Origin: an uncultured Nitrososphaeria archaeon
GTDB taxonomy: Archaea; Thermoproteota; Nitrososphaeria_A; Caldarchaeales; Wolframiiraptoraceae
Assembly (NCBI GenBank): GCA_964465105.1
Contig: CAYXHS010000001.1
Coordinates: 4,850 to 39,168 of the forward strand
DNA length: 34,319 bases
Direction: 5' to 3'
Under the pieces are notes generated by a model that worked only from the letters and a program-made list of their open reading frames with translations, searched no databases and had not been told where the DNA came from. The position numbers and the translations under genes were made by a program. Positions 25,645 to 33,723 of this stretch are shown piece after piece; position 1 is the stretch's first letter; each line of letters opens with the position of its first letter.

Positions 25645-26064
25645 TCATTCGAGAAGAAGTTTCTCCTCGAAGAATTCATACAAGCTAGCTTTCATGATCT
25701 TCCTAGCCTCAGCTTCTAACTCGTTCTTGCAGTTCTCCAGCTCATTCAAGACCTCGCTCTTGATCTTAAGCTCGAGGACCTTCGGCTTGAGGATGAAGAC
25801 CGCCTTGAAGTCGTTTCCCTCCACGATCTCTATGTTGCCTTTTCCAAGCGTGCACCCCGTGATGAACTGCACCCCATCCGCGAAGCATGTATACGGCACA
25901 CGCTTCTCCACCAAGATCAGCTTCGCCCTCATCTTGAACGGCTCGTATCCGAGAACCTCTATCGCTCTCAAGCCAGCCTTGACGCCAAGCGCCAGGAAGG
26001 GGCCTACATGGCTATGAAGGATGGAGGCTTCCTCCAGGATCCTATCTAAGGCGCTCTCATACAA
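25645..26064 (-). CDS. FmdE-domain protein (formylmethanofuran dehydrogenase subunit E-like family)
   Basis: 139 aa. HSHVGPFLALGVKAG and CFADGVQFITGCTLGKGNIE match the conserved FmdE-family core as I recall it. 8-nt overlap with the ABC permease gene. Confidence 0.7.
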   Translation of the reverse strand: MYESALDRILEEASILHSHVGPFLALGVKAGLRAIEVLGYEPFKMRAKLILVEKRVPYTCFADGVQFITGCTLGKGNIEIVEGNDFKAVFILKPKVLELKIKSEVLNELENCKNELEAEARKIMKASLYEFFEEKLLLE

Positions 26065-26908
26065 GGCTCACGGCCTCCCTCAAGCTCAGCCTGAACCTTA
26101 ATCTCGAGTAGGTGATGGACCCGAGGAACAAGATTATCGCCGCTATCACTATGCATGAGCCGACGGGTAGGTCGGATAGTAGGCTTATCCAGAGACCTAT
26201 CGAGGAGGAGATTGAGCCGAAGATCCAGGAGAACGCGATAAGCTTCTTCATCGTGCTGAAGAGCTGAAGGGATGCTGCCGCTGGAAGATATAGGAGGGAG
26301 AAGACTAGGAATCCTCCAGTTATCCTAAGGGACAAGGCGATGGTCGCTCCGATTAGGGTGAGGAGAATGCACTTGTATAGCTTGACGTTGACTCCCTCCG
26401 CCTCCGCGAGCCTTAGGTCGAAGAGCATTGAGCTGAGCCTCCTCCAGAAGACCGCGATGAAGCTGAGATAGGCTATGAGGAGGATTGTTAGGATCAGGAT
26501 ATAGCTGGGTCGAATCGCTAGGATGCTCCCCCATAGAAGCTGACCTATCCTCTCCGTCATCAAGGCTTGGCCTGGGCTCATGAGTATGAAAATGAAGGTT
26601 AAGGCATTATATGCTGAGAAGAGGATCATCGAGATCAGGTCGAGGGAGATTCTCAAGGAGTCCGCGAGAGGGCCGAGCAGGATCGCGGTGACGATGGCCA
26701 TGCTCATGGCCGCTGAGAGCACATCCAAGTTCAAGGCTAATGCTAGAGCTGCTCCCGCCAAGGCCCCATGAGCCATCGCGAAGGCTATGGTCGTAAGGTT
26801 GAGCTTGTTGCATATCGCTCCAGAGGCTCCGCACAATCCTCCAGCCAAGCTTCCAGCGATGAGCGAGCTAACCAGGAGCATGGACATCAGCGTATAGCAC
26901 CTCCTCAA
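26057..26908 (-). CDS. ABC-3 family (ZnuB/TroCD-like) metal ABC transporter permease
   Basis: 283 aa, about 8 TM helices. Position and size are typical of ZnuB-type permeases. Alternative starts at 26887 or 26881 shorten the overlap with the ATPase gene. Confidence 0.8.
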   Translation of the reverse strand: MRRCYTLMSMLLVSSLIAGSLAGGLCGASGAICNKLNLTTIAFAMAHGALAGAALALALNLDVLSAAMSMAIVTAILLGPLADSLRISLDLISMILFSAYNALTFIFILMSPGQALMTERIGQLLWGSILAIRPSYILILTILLIAYLSFIAVFWRRLSSMLFDLRLAEAEGVNVKLYKCILLTLIGATIALSLRITGGFLVFSLLYLPAAASLQLFSTMKKLIAFSWIFGSISSSIGLWISLLSDLPVGSCIVIAAIILFLGSITYSRLRFRLSLREAVSLV

Positions 26909-27572
26909 CCCTTCCCTCCCTCATCTCGACGATCAGGTTCGGTGCGATCGACTCGAGCTCGAAAACATGGCTCACAAGGATCACGGTGCATCCGCCGTCC
27001 AGAAGTCTCGGGAAAATGGTCTTAGTTATGAAGGATCTCGACTCCCGATCCATCGCGCTGAAAGGCTCGTCGAGGAGAAGCAGCTTGGGATTCCTAACGA
27101 GAGCTCTTGCAAGCATCACCTTCTGCTGCTGGCCTCCGCTAAGCTTTCCAAAAGGCTTGTCGGCGTATTCGAGCATTCCCAGAAGGCTTAGCATCCGATC
27201 GACCTGCATCCAATCCTCCTCAGACAGCCATCCCATAGACTTCCTAGAGGATAAGCCCATAGCCACCACTTCTCTCGCGGTAAACGGCTCGCTTGCGGGC
27301 TTCATGAAGTCTTGAGGGAGATAGGAGCAAAATCTCCTCGCCTTGGAAGCTTCTCTCGGAATCTCATAGCCAAGCATCTTAACGACTCCCGTGCTCGGCT
27401 TGAGCAGCCCAAGAATCGTCTCAAGAAGAGTTGTTTTTCCAGAACCATTGGGCCCAGCTATGAGGGTGAACGTGCCGCTGGGAATTCTGAGGGTTACGTT
27501 TCTTATCGCTGGCCTTCTCTCGCCATAATAATGGGTGGAGACGTTCAATAACTCTACGACATAATCAGCCAA
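26868..27572 (-). CDS. metal ABC transporter ATP-binding protein (ZnuC-like)
   Basis: 234 aa. Walker A GPNGSGKTT, signature LSGGQQQ, Walker B LLLLDEP, H-loop SH. TTG start overlapping the binding-protein stop. Confidence 0.9.
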   Translation of the reverse strand: MADYVVELLNVSTHYYGERRPAIRNVTLRIPSGTFTLIAGPNGSGKTTLLETILGLLKPSTGVVKMLGYEIPREASKARRFCSYLPQDFMKPASEPFTAREVVAMGLSSRKSMGWLSEEDWMQVDRMLSLLGMLEYADKPFGKLSGGQQQKVMLARALVRNPKLLLLDEPFSAMDRESRSFITKTIFPRLLDGGCTVILVSHVFELESIAPNLIVEMREGRVEEVLYADVHAPG

Positions 27573-28518
27573 CAGCTTTCAACCTCCTCGCCAGATAAGC
27601 TATCCCAGCCGCCTCGACGACCGCTACCACCAGCAGAGCATAAAAGCCGACCCTATAGAATTCCACTTCATCCCGCATTTCCATGACCGTTCTCTTGAGC
27701 TGATAGAGGCTTATCGCCTTGAAGACCTTTTCGGCGTTTCCCTCTATCAGGTCTGCCAGGCTCTTTGCTTCGGGACTGCTTCCTGGAAAGTTGGATAAGA
27801 CGACGTGAACGGCCCCTATCTCTCTAGCGATGGCTTCCCCCACATCCGTGCCGCTTTGAAGGTTGCTGATGACGATGGCTACGTTCTTTTCCTTTCCCAG
27901 GGAGATGAGCTTCTCGATGTCCGATGATGAAAGCCTCTCAGGAGGCCCGAAGTCTCCGACGACGTTGAAGCCGAGCCACTCGACGAAGGATCTCTGCCAC
28001 TTCATCGCTATGACGTTGATGGATGAGGTCGACTCCTTCTCAGCCTCGCCTAAAACCTCTTCCGCAACCCGATCCAGCTCACTAAGCCTTTCCCCAAGCT
28101 TCTCGGAGACGTCTAGCCCGAGCTCTGATTCAAGAGCCTCAGCCACCTGCTGATAATATGATTTCGCCTCATCGATCGTCGACCATCCTCCAGAAACCTT
28201 CACCAACCTAGCCTTCGACCCCGAAGCATTATAAAGCTGCATAAGCCACTCCTCAATCCCATGATAGAAGATGAGCTTGGCCTTGGAGACGGCGTAGAGG
28301 TCGCTGGGCTTGACATCGTAGTGCGCTGGGCAGATAGAAGGATTAACCAACACGATCACCTGAACCTGATCTCCAGCAAGATCTTCGACAACGCTTCCCA
28401 GCACACTCGTCGTCGCGACTACGAGAGGCTTTTCTTCTGCTGCCGCAGCCGCCGCTAAGCCATTAGCCAGCAGCAAGATTATGAGCAAGATGGGTAGGGC
28501 CCATCTCGGTAACAACAT
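27565..28518 (-). CDS. cluster A-I (ZnuA/TroA/PsaA-like) substrate-binding protein, divergent ligand set, C-terminal TM anchor
   Basis: 317 aa. N-terminal signal-like segment. Overall colinearity with PsaA/TroA as recalled (VVATTSVLGSVVEDLAGD, KLIFYHGIE, long linker helix). C-terminal hydrophobic helix FYALLVVAVVEAAGIAYLA. Confidence 0.8.
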   Translation of the reverse strand: MLLPRWALPILLIILLLANGLAAAAAAEEKPLVVATTSVLGSVVEDLAGDQVQVIVLVNPSICPAHYDVKPSDLYAVSKAKLIFYHGIEEWLMQLYNASGSKARLVKVSGGWSTIDEAKSYYQQVAEALESELGLDVSEKLGERLSELDRVAEEVLGEAEKESTSSINVIAMKWQRSFVEWLGFNVVGDFGPPERLSSSDIEKLISLGKEKNVAIVISNLQSGTDVGEAIAREIGAVHVVLSNFPGSSPEAKSLADLIEGNAEKVFKAISLYQLKRTVMEMRDEVEFYRVGFYALLVVAVVEAAGIAYLARRLKAVG

Positions 28519-28536
28519 TCCAGCGAATTGGTAACA
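28508..28536 (-). promoter_or_regulatory. direct repeat TGTTACC-N15-TGTTACC between TATA and start codon of the ABC operon (candidate operator)
   Basis: GGTAACA on the + strand at 28508-28514 and 28530-28536, with 22-bp periodicity. The repeat spans the predicted transcription start and the ATG. Confidence 0.35.
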
Positions 28537-28540
28537 CGGC

Positions 28541-28549
28541 GCTTATATC
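28541..28549 (-). promoter_or_regulatory. TATA-like GATATAAGC upstream of the ABC transporter operon
   Basis: Located 23-31 nt upstream of the binding-protein ATG (28518). Identical to the nikR element. Confidence 0.45.
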
Positions 28550-28559
28550 AACCTTTCCC

Positions 28560-29039
28560 TCAGCTTATCTCGTAGAGGTAGATCTTGTGAAGCTTTCCAG
28601 TCTCAAGGGATTTGAGTTTGAGGATTTCGGAGGGCTGAAGACCTGGAATCGGGAAGTCGTGGCATACTATTCTAGCTCCTCTCTTGAGGGAAAGCAGTTT
28701 GGGCTTTAGGGCTTTGAGGGTTGATGGCAGGAGGTAGAGGGTGATCACATCCGCGTTCGAGAAGTCGAACCTGTACAGGTCGCCATGAATTATCCTGACC
28801 CTATCATCGAGGGATTTTCTGAGGACTTTTCTAAGAGATTCTTCGACTAGCTTCGCGTTCAGCTCGACGCCGAGGGCCCTGCAGCGGTAGCTTTCAGCCC
28901 CCCTAAGAACTATCCTCCCATCGCCTGATCCCAAGTCTATCAGAAGCTCATCAGGTCTCGGATCGGCTAGGGAGAGCATCTTCTCGACCACATCCCTGGG
29001 TGAGGGCACGAACGGAATCTTTCCCCCACCCTTCCTCAT
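28560..29039 (-). CDS. small class I SAM-dependent methyltransferase, aKMT-like (crenarchaeal protein lysine methyltransferase family)
   Basis: 159 aa. Colinear with Sulfolobus aKMT as I recall it: FVPSP..VVEKML, LIDLGSGDGRIVL, ALGVELN, ADVITLYLLPS..LKPKL, GARIVCHDF, IYLYEI. Confidence 0.7.
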   Translation of the reverse strand: MRKGGGKIPFVPSPRDVVEKMLSLADPRPDELLIDLGSGDGRIVLRGAESYRCRALGVELNAKLVEESLRKVLRKSLDDRVRIIHGDLYRFDFSNADVITLYLLPSTLKALKPKLLSLKRGARIVCHDFPIPGLQPSEILKLKSLETGKLHKIYLYEIS

Positions 29040-29086
29040 GGCCTAGATGTTAAAAATGGGCTTTCACTCATAAACCTTATTCGAGG

Positions 29087-29092
29087 AAAAAA
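29087..29092 (-). terminator. oligo-T tract after the 350-aa hypothetical gene
   Basis: A6 on the + strand (T6 on the coding strand), 14-19 nt downstream of the stop at 29106. Confidence 0.3.
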
Positions 29093-29105
29093 GGGAAGTT
29101 GGTGT

Positions 29106-30158
29106 TTAGTAGAGCTTTGGCTTCGCGATCCCTAGGGTTCTCCTAATCCCCCTCAAAACGTCGTTGCGGGCTCCTATCATCGCGATGAAATCATACTCGA
29201 CCGAGGCGAAGATCTTTCCTGAGATGTTTTCGGTAGGAGTTAGCTGAAGCTCTATCTCTCCGAACTTTATTTCCTTGAAGGCCTCAGGTCCAGAATTATA
29301 CGATTGCAGGGCTGCCCTTGGAAGGCTTGGATCCTGCTTCGGGACGTCTAGGCAGTCTTCCTGCGTGAGAGGGATGTTCGACGTTCTCAGGATGAGGGCT
29401 GACCAAAGCCTCTTTCCAATCCTGTAAACGTATCCTATCGATCCGAAGCCAGGCTCCCTGAGATCCTCAGGCTTTATCCCAAGCTTCGCGACGAAGTTCC
29501 CATCGATCTTAAAGGAGACATGGTTCGCTGAGACTTTGAGCCTATCTCTCGGAATCTCACCGAAGTAATGTATCGGCTCAGCTCCCCTCCTCACGGGAGC
29601 CAGAACAGTTCCAACGCCAGCATATCCCATCGGAACCTGCGCTAAAACCCAGGGATTAACCCTCGAATGATATTCGCCTAGTATCCTGTCCCTGATCCTA
29701 AGCCTCAGCTGCCTTGCTCCACCTTCGAGAAGCCATATCTCCCTCCTAACCGATCCCTTAAGCTCCTCGTTTGCGAGCTGATCGAAAGCTGCTATCTCTC
29801 CCTCTAACATGGCTCTATCTGAGCTCGCCTCGACAATCCGATAGCTTCCTGGATCAAGCCCTTGAGGGCAGAACCAATCCTCGAATCTCTCAGGATTTTT
29901 GTAGAAGAAGTTTTGCTCGGGAGAGACCCAGAGCCTCAATCCTCCAACATTCCATCCACCCTCCCTCAGCTCCTCCTCGATCTTGGGATTCACCCATAGA
30001 AGGTTCGGCGAGTCTCCTAGAAACGCTCCCAGAACTCTCGCACCTCTCTCCAGAACTATGATCCTAGAGCCATCCTTTTCAAGAACAGCACATCTCGAAT
30101 AATTGTTCAGAACCTCGACAAGGCTTTCCAGATCGCCCATATGAGATAGAAAACGCAA
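29106..30158 (-). CDS. conserved hypothetical protein (350 aa), possibly beta-sandwich/mutarotase-like
   Basis: Long ORF with normal amino-acid composition. The GGLRLWVSPE motif is reminiscent of DUF4380-like proteins, but I cannot confirm that. An oligo-T run follows the stop on its own strand. Confidence 0.7.
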   Translation of the reverse strand: MRFLSHMGDLESLVEVLNNYSRCAVLEKDGSRIIVLERGARVLGAFLGDSPNLLWVNPKIEEELREGGWNVGGLRLWVSPEQNFFYKNPERFEDWFCPQGLDPGSYRIVEASSDRAMLEGEIAAFDQLANEELKGSVRREIWLLEGGARQLRLRIRDRILGEYHSRVNPWVLAQVPMGYAGVGTVLAPVRRGAEPIHYFGEIPRDRLKVSANHVSFKIDGNFVAKLGIKPEDLREPGFGSIGYVYRIGKRLWSALILRTSNIPLTQEDCLDVPKQDPSLPRAALQSYNSGPEAFKEIKFGEIELQLTPTENISGKIFASVEYDFIAMIGARNDVLRGIRRTLGIAKPKLY

Positions 30159-30178
30159 GTAACGTAAAAATCTTCCAG

Positions 30179-31147
30179 CTAGGTCGAGAGGAGAGCCGCC
30201 CCAACCGTTATCAGAGCTATCCCAAGAATCGTCTCAAGGTTAGGTCTCTCCCTAAGCTTGACCGCGGCGATAATCCCAGCGAAGACCGGAGTCGTCGCCG
30301 TCAGAGGGCCGACTATGTTCGCCTTAGTCAGATCTAAGCCCACAAGGTAGATCATGTCTCCGAAGCCGACCGCGATCACTCCCCCTATCGCCGCGAGGAG
30401 AAGCTCCTTCTTCCTCATCCCAAGAATAGATCTTTTGGTGCTTGATGAGAGCATGCTGTAAAGCCCGAGAAGAGGCAAGAGCACAAGCATCCTGAAGAAG
30501 GAGAGGAAGATCGGGTCGATGAAGCTCATCAGATACTTGAATGAAGCAACTCCAACCGCCCAGCATAAAGCCGCCAGGATCGAAGCCGCCAGCCCAATTC
30601 TTCCTCTCTTCTCAGGTTCTCCCGAGCCGAGGGATCTCGATATGAGCCATATCGCCGATATTATCATCAACGTTCCGATTAGGATCTCGTAGCCGAACGG
30701 CTCTCGCAAAAACCACATGCTTATCGGCAGGAGGAAGAGGGGATAGGAATAGGTTATCGGAACGGTTCTGGAGACGCCTATGCTCTTCAGCCCAAGGAAG
30801 TAAAGGGTATCACCTATGAGCCAAGAGACTATGGATGCTCCGACCACGTATAGAGTCAACATCGGATCGAGCTTGCCGAAGGAATCCAGTCTCCCGAAAA
30901 CCAAGGTCATCAGAAAGAGGAAAGCGATCGCAGGGATGCTGCGGACGAAGTTCAGCCCAATAGGGTTAACGCTTCTCATGCTGCTCTTGTAAAATCCCGC
31001 TCCAATCGCCCAGCATAGAGCAGCCAGAAGCGCCAGCGCCTCTCCCAACATCCTCCCAAACCTGAAACCAGCCAGAATATTAACCAACGCCATGAGGACA
31101 AATCGAAACATGGAGACCCCAATCAGATCTAAAAATGACGTCACCAT
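30179..31147 (-). CDS. EamA/DMT-family transporter
   Basis: 322 aa, about 10 TM helices arranged as two similar halves (ALCWAIGAGFYK / ALCWAVGVASFK), the EamA duplication signature. Confidence 0.85.
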   Translation of the reverse strand: MVTSFLDLIGVSMFRFVLMALVNILAGFRFGRMLGEALALLAALCWAIGAGFYKSSMRSVNPIGLNFVRSIPAIAFLFLMTLVFGRLDSFGKLDPMLTLYVVGASIVSWLIGDTLYFLGLKSIGVSRTVPITYSYPLFLLPISMWFLREPFGYEILIGTLMIISAIWLISRSLGSGEPEKRGRIGLAASILAALCWAVGVASFKYLMSFIDPIFLSFFRMLVLLPLLGLYSMLSSSTKRSILGMRKKELLLAAIGGVIAVGFGDMIYLVGLDLTKANIVGPLTATTPVFAGIIAAVKLRERPNLETILGIALITVGAALLST

Positions 31148-31201
31148 CTTGAGTTCAGAAATCGTTCAGTCGAATGATAAGCTCGCTTAATTGAGGACAT
31201 G

Positions 31202-31209
31202 TATAAATA
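31202..31209 (+). promoter_or_regulatory. TATA box TATAAATA for the retropepsin-like gene
   Basis: Consensus-like archaeal TATA centred about 28 nt upstream of GTG 31233. Confidence 0.45.
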
Positions 31210-31232
31210 TCTGGAAGAACAGGTCTTCAACT

Positions 31233-31589
31233 GTGGGCTACGTTTACATCGACATTATAATTAGAGGGAAGAGGGAGAAGAAGATTAGAGCCTTAGTGGA
31301 TGCTGGTGCATCATACGTGGTTTTAAACTCTCAGACAATTAAGGAGCTTGAATTATCTCCTACGCCGTATGAGGTGATGTTAACGCTAGCCGATAAGCGG
31401 CGGGTCAAAGCGAGGTTATATGTGGCTGAAGCCGAAGCTGAAGGTAGGAGAGGACCCATACTTGTCGCTGAGCTAGATACTCCGACACCTTTAGTAGGGG
31501 TCTTCGCGCTGGAAACGCTCGGTTTGAAACCTAATCCATTAACAGGCAAACTGGAGGTTATCGGGCCTGAAGGAGGCTATTTGTTGTAG
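31233..31589 (+). CDS. retropepsin-like (clan AA) aspartic protease, single domain
   Basis: Catalytic-type motif ALVDAGASYVVLN. About 118 aa if started at GTG 31233. The TATAAATA box at 31202-31209 sits inside the longer track ORF, so the shorter leaderless form is preferred. Confidence 0.7.
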   Translation: MGYVYIDIIIRGKREKKIRALVDAGASYVVLNSQTIKELELSPTPYEVMLTLADKRRVKARLYVAEAEAEGRRGPILVAELDTPTPLVGVFALETLGLKPNPLTGKLEVIGPEGGYLL

Positions 31590-31657
31590 CTTAGCCTTCT
31601 AGGTTGAGGTCCAAGATATACGAAAGCCTTTAATCCCCTGAATCAGATAACCTATTG

Positions 31658-32380
31658 ATGGTGGAATTTTTCGTCGGGACCTCGGGGTGGATGTATGACT
31701 GGAACCTCGGGGGCTCTCTAGATTGGTATGTTCGGAACTCTGGGTTAAACGCGGTCGAGCTTAACGCGTCGTTCTACAGGTTTCCATTCCCATCTCAGGT
31801 GGCGGCATGGGCTAGGAAAGGTAGGCGGCTGAGGTGGGCCGTGAAGGTTCACAGATCCATAACTCATGTGAGGAGGCTCTCAGAAAAAGCTCTAGAAACC
31901 TGGAGAAGGTTTAACAAGCTCTTCGACCCCCTCGACAGCCAAATCGACTTCTACCTCTTCCAAATGCCCCCGAACTTCGCCGCCACGAACCTCAACCTAG
32001 CGAGGGTCCGCCGCTTCATAAGGGAGGCTCAGATCGGAGAAAGATTCGCGATAGAGTTCAGGCATGATAGCTGGTTCAGAAAAGATCTAGCCGAGATGAT
32101 AGCTGGGCTCGAGGCAACCTACGTATCGATCGACTCTCCCATGGCGTCGCTCATAATCCCAAGCAACAAGATAATCTACCTGAGAATGCATGGAAGAACG
32201 AGCTGGTACTCTCACAACTACTCGGAAGATGAGCTCAGGGAGATAGCGGAGAGCGTGAAGTCTCACGACCCAGAAAGAGCCTACATATTCTTCAACAATG
32301 ATCATTGGATGCTGAAAAACGCCAGGTTTATGCTGGGTCTCCTGAAGAGGATATCTAAGCAGGTAGAGTTTAGTCCTTAA
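31658..32380 (+). CDS. DUF72 (UPF0759/YecE) family protein
   Basis: 240 aa. FVGTSGW, ELNASFYRFP, KVHRSITH, FQMPPNF and YLRMHG are the conserved DUF72 blocks. ATG at 31658 is preferred over TTG at 31655. Confidence 0.85.
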   Translation: MVEFFVGTSGWMYDWNLGGSLDWYVRNSGLNAVELNASFYRFPFPSQVAAWARKGRRLRWAVKVHRSITHVRRLSEKALETWRRFNKLFDPLDSQIDFYLFQMPPNFAATNLNLARVRRFIREAQIGERFAIEFRHDSWFRKDLAEMIAGLEATYVSIDSPMASLIIPSNKIIYLRMHGRTSWYSHNYSEDELREIAESVKSHDPERAYIFFNNDHWMLKNARFMLGLLKRISKQVEFSP

Positions 32381-32442
32381 ACAATTTTCACCTAGCACTT
32401 ATTCGATCACATAAATCTAAGATCTTCAAAGGGCTCTTCACC

Positions 32443-33723
32443 TCATAGCTTTCTGTTTGGGGAGCCGTGAAGTGCTTTTAGCCTCGCGAGCTCGTCCGCC
32501 AGTATCGGGAGGAATGCTCCCACGTCTGATACCACTCCGATTGATTGAGCGGTTCCCCTATCGACGAGCTTAAGCGGCACAGCTGGGTTTATGTCGACGC
32601 AGATCACCTTGGCGGTTGATGGAAGCATGTTTCCAGCGGCGATCGAGTGGAGCATGGATGCCAGCATCAAGACTATGTCCGCGTCTCTGAGATGCATCCT
32701 GTAAGCCTTCTGAGCTTCAACGACATCCGTTATGACATCCGGTATTGGGCCGTCATCCCTAATTGATCCTGCCAGCACGTAGGGCACGCCGTTAACTATG
32801 CACTCATAGAATATCCCCCTTCTCAGGATGCCCTTCTCGACAGCCTCCCTTAAGCCCCCGCATTTCATGATCTCGTTTATCGCTGCTAAATGATTCCTGC
32901 TTCCTCCAGGCATCTTCACCCCCTCATCGATCACAACTCCCAGCGACGTCCCGAACAACGCATATTCCACATCATGGACTGCCAGGGCGTTGCCAGATAG
33001 GAGGGCGTCAACGAATCCCATCCTAATTATACGGGCTAAATGGTCGCAGGCGCCCGTATGAACTACGGCCGGCCCCGCGACGACGACAACCTTTCCCCCA
33101 GACTCCTTGACTCGAAATATCTCTTCAGCTATCTTCTTCACGATCGTCGGGGTCGGCTTCTCCGAAGACGTTTTGCTGCTCATGAACTCGAAGATCCCAG
33201 CCCCACCTCTAGGATACTCAGGAGGCTTAACCCTGACGCCCTCCTCGCCGACGACAACCAGATCCCCCTTCCTCACCTCCCTCATCGACTTGCACCATGC
33301 TCTCTCTGAAGTCGGGTCAACGACGATGACCTTGTCCATGCATATATCCTCGACCTTGATCCACCTGCCTCGAAACCTTATCCAAGTGGGGTGATTCGTC
33401 GTCACGTAGAAGCCGTCGGGGAGAACCATGTCTGCTGGAGCTTCCTCAAGCCTCACATCGGATATGGAGATCGTTACGGCTCCCAGGCTCCTCAGCTCCC
33501 TGATCATGAACTCCAGATGACCTCTATCCCTGCCCCTCACCAAAATCCTGGCATAGCTCGGCTCATCCTTCCTCCTCCCGATCCTAAACTCCAATACCTC
33601 GAATTCTCCTCCGAGATCCATGATCCGATCAAAAACCTTCGGGAGAATATAGGAGTCTATCAGATGGCCCTCAAGCTCGATAACCTCAGAATATTCATCT
33701 CCTGAATCCTGGAAGTCGACCAC
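32443..33723 (-). CDS. LOR/SDH conserved-region protein (TIGR00300 family; archaeal ornithine-cyclodeaminase-like)
   Basis: 426 aa. N-terminal GHLIDSYILPKVFDRIMDLGGEFEVLEFRIG block, and a C-terminal Rossmann-like region (VVVVAGPAVVHTG) as in TIGR00300 proteins. GTG start preceded by GAGGTGA. Confidence 0.7.
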   Translation of the reverse strand: MVDFQDSGDEYSEVIELEGHLIDSYILPKVFDRIMDLGGEFEVLEFRIGRRKDEPSYARILVRGRDRGHLEFMIRELRSLGAVTISISDVRLEEAPADMVLPDGFYVTTNHPTWIRFRGRWIKVEDICMDKVIVVDPTSERAWCKSMREVRKGDLVVVGEEGVRVKPPEYPRGGAGIFEFMSSKTSSEKPTPTIVKKIAEEIFRVKESGGKVVVVAGPAVVHTGACDHLARIIRMGFVDALLSGNALAVHDVEYALFGTSLGVVIDEGVKMPGGSRNHLAAINEIMKCGGLREAVEKGILRRGIFYECIVNGVPYVLAGSIRDDGPIPDVITDVVEAQKAYRMHLRDADIVLMLASMLHSIAAGNMLPSTAKVICVDINPAVPLKLVDRGTAQSIGVVSDVGAFLPILADELARLKALHGSPNRKL

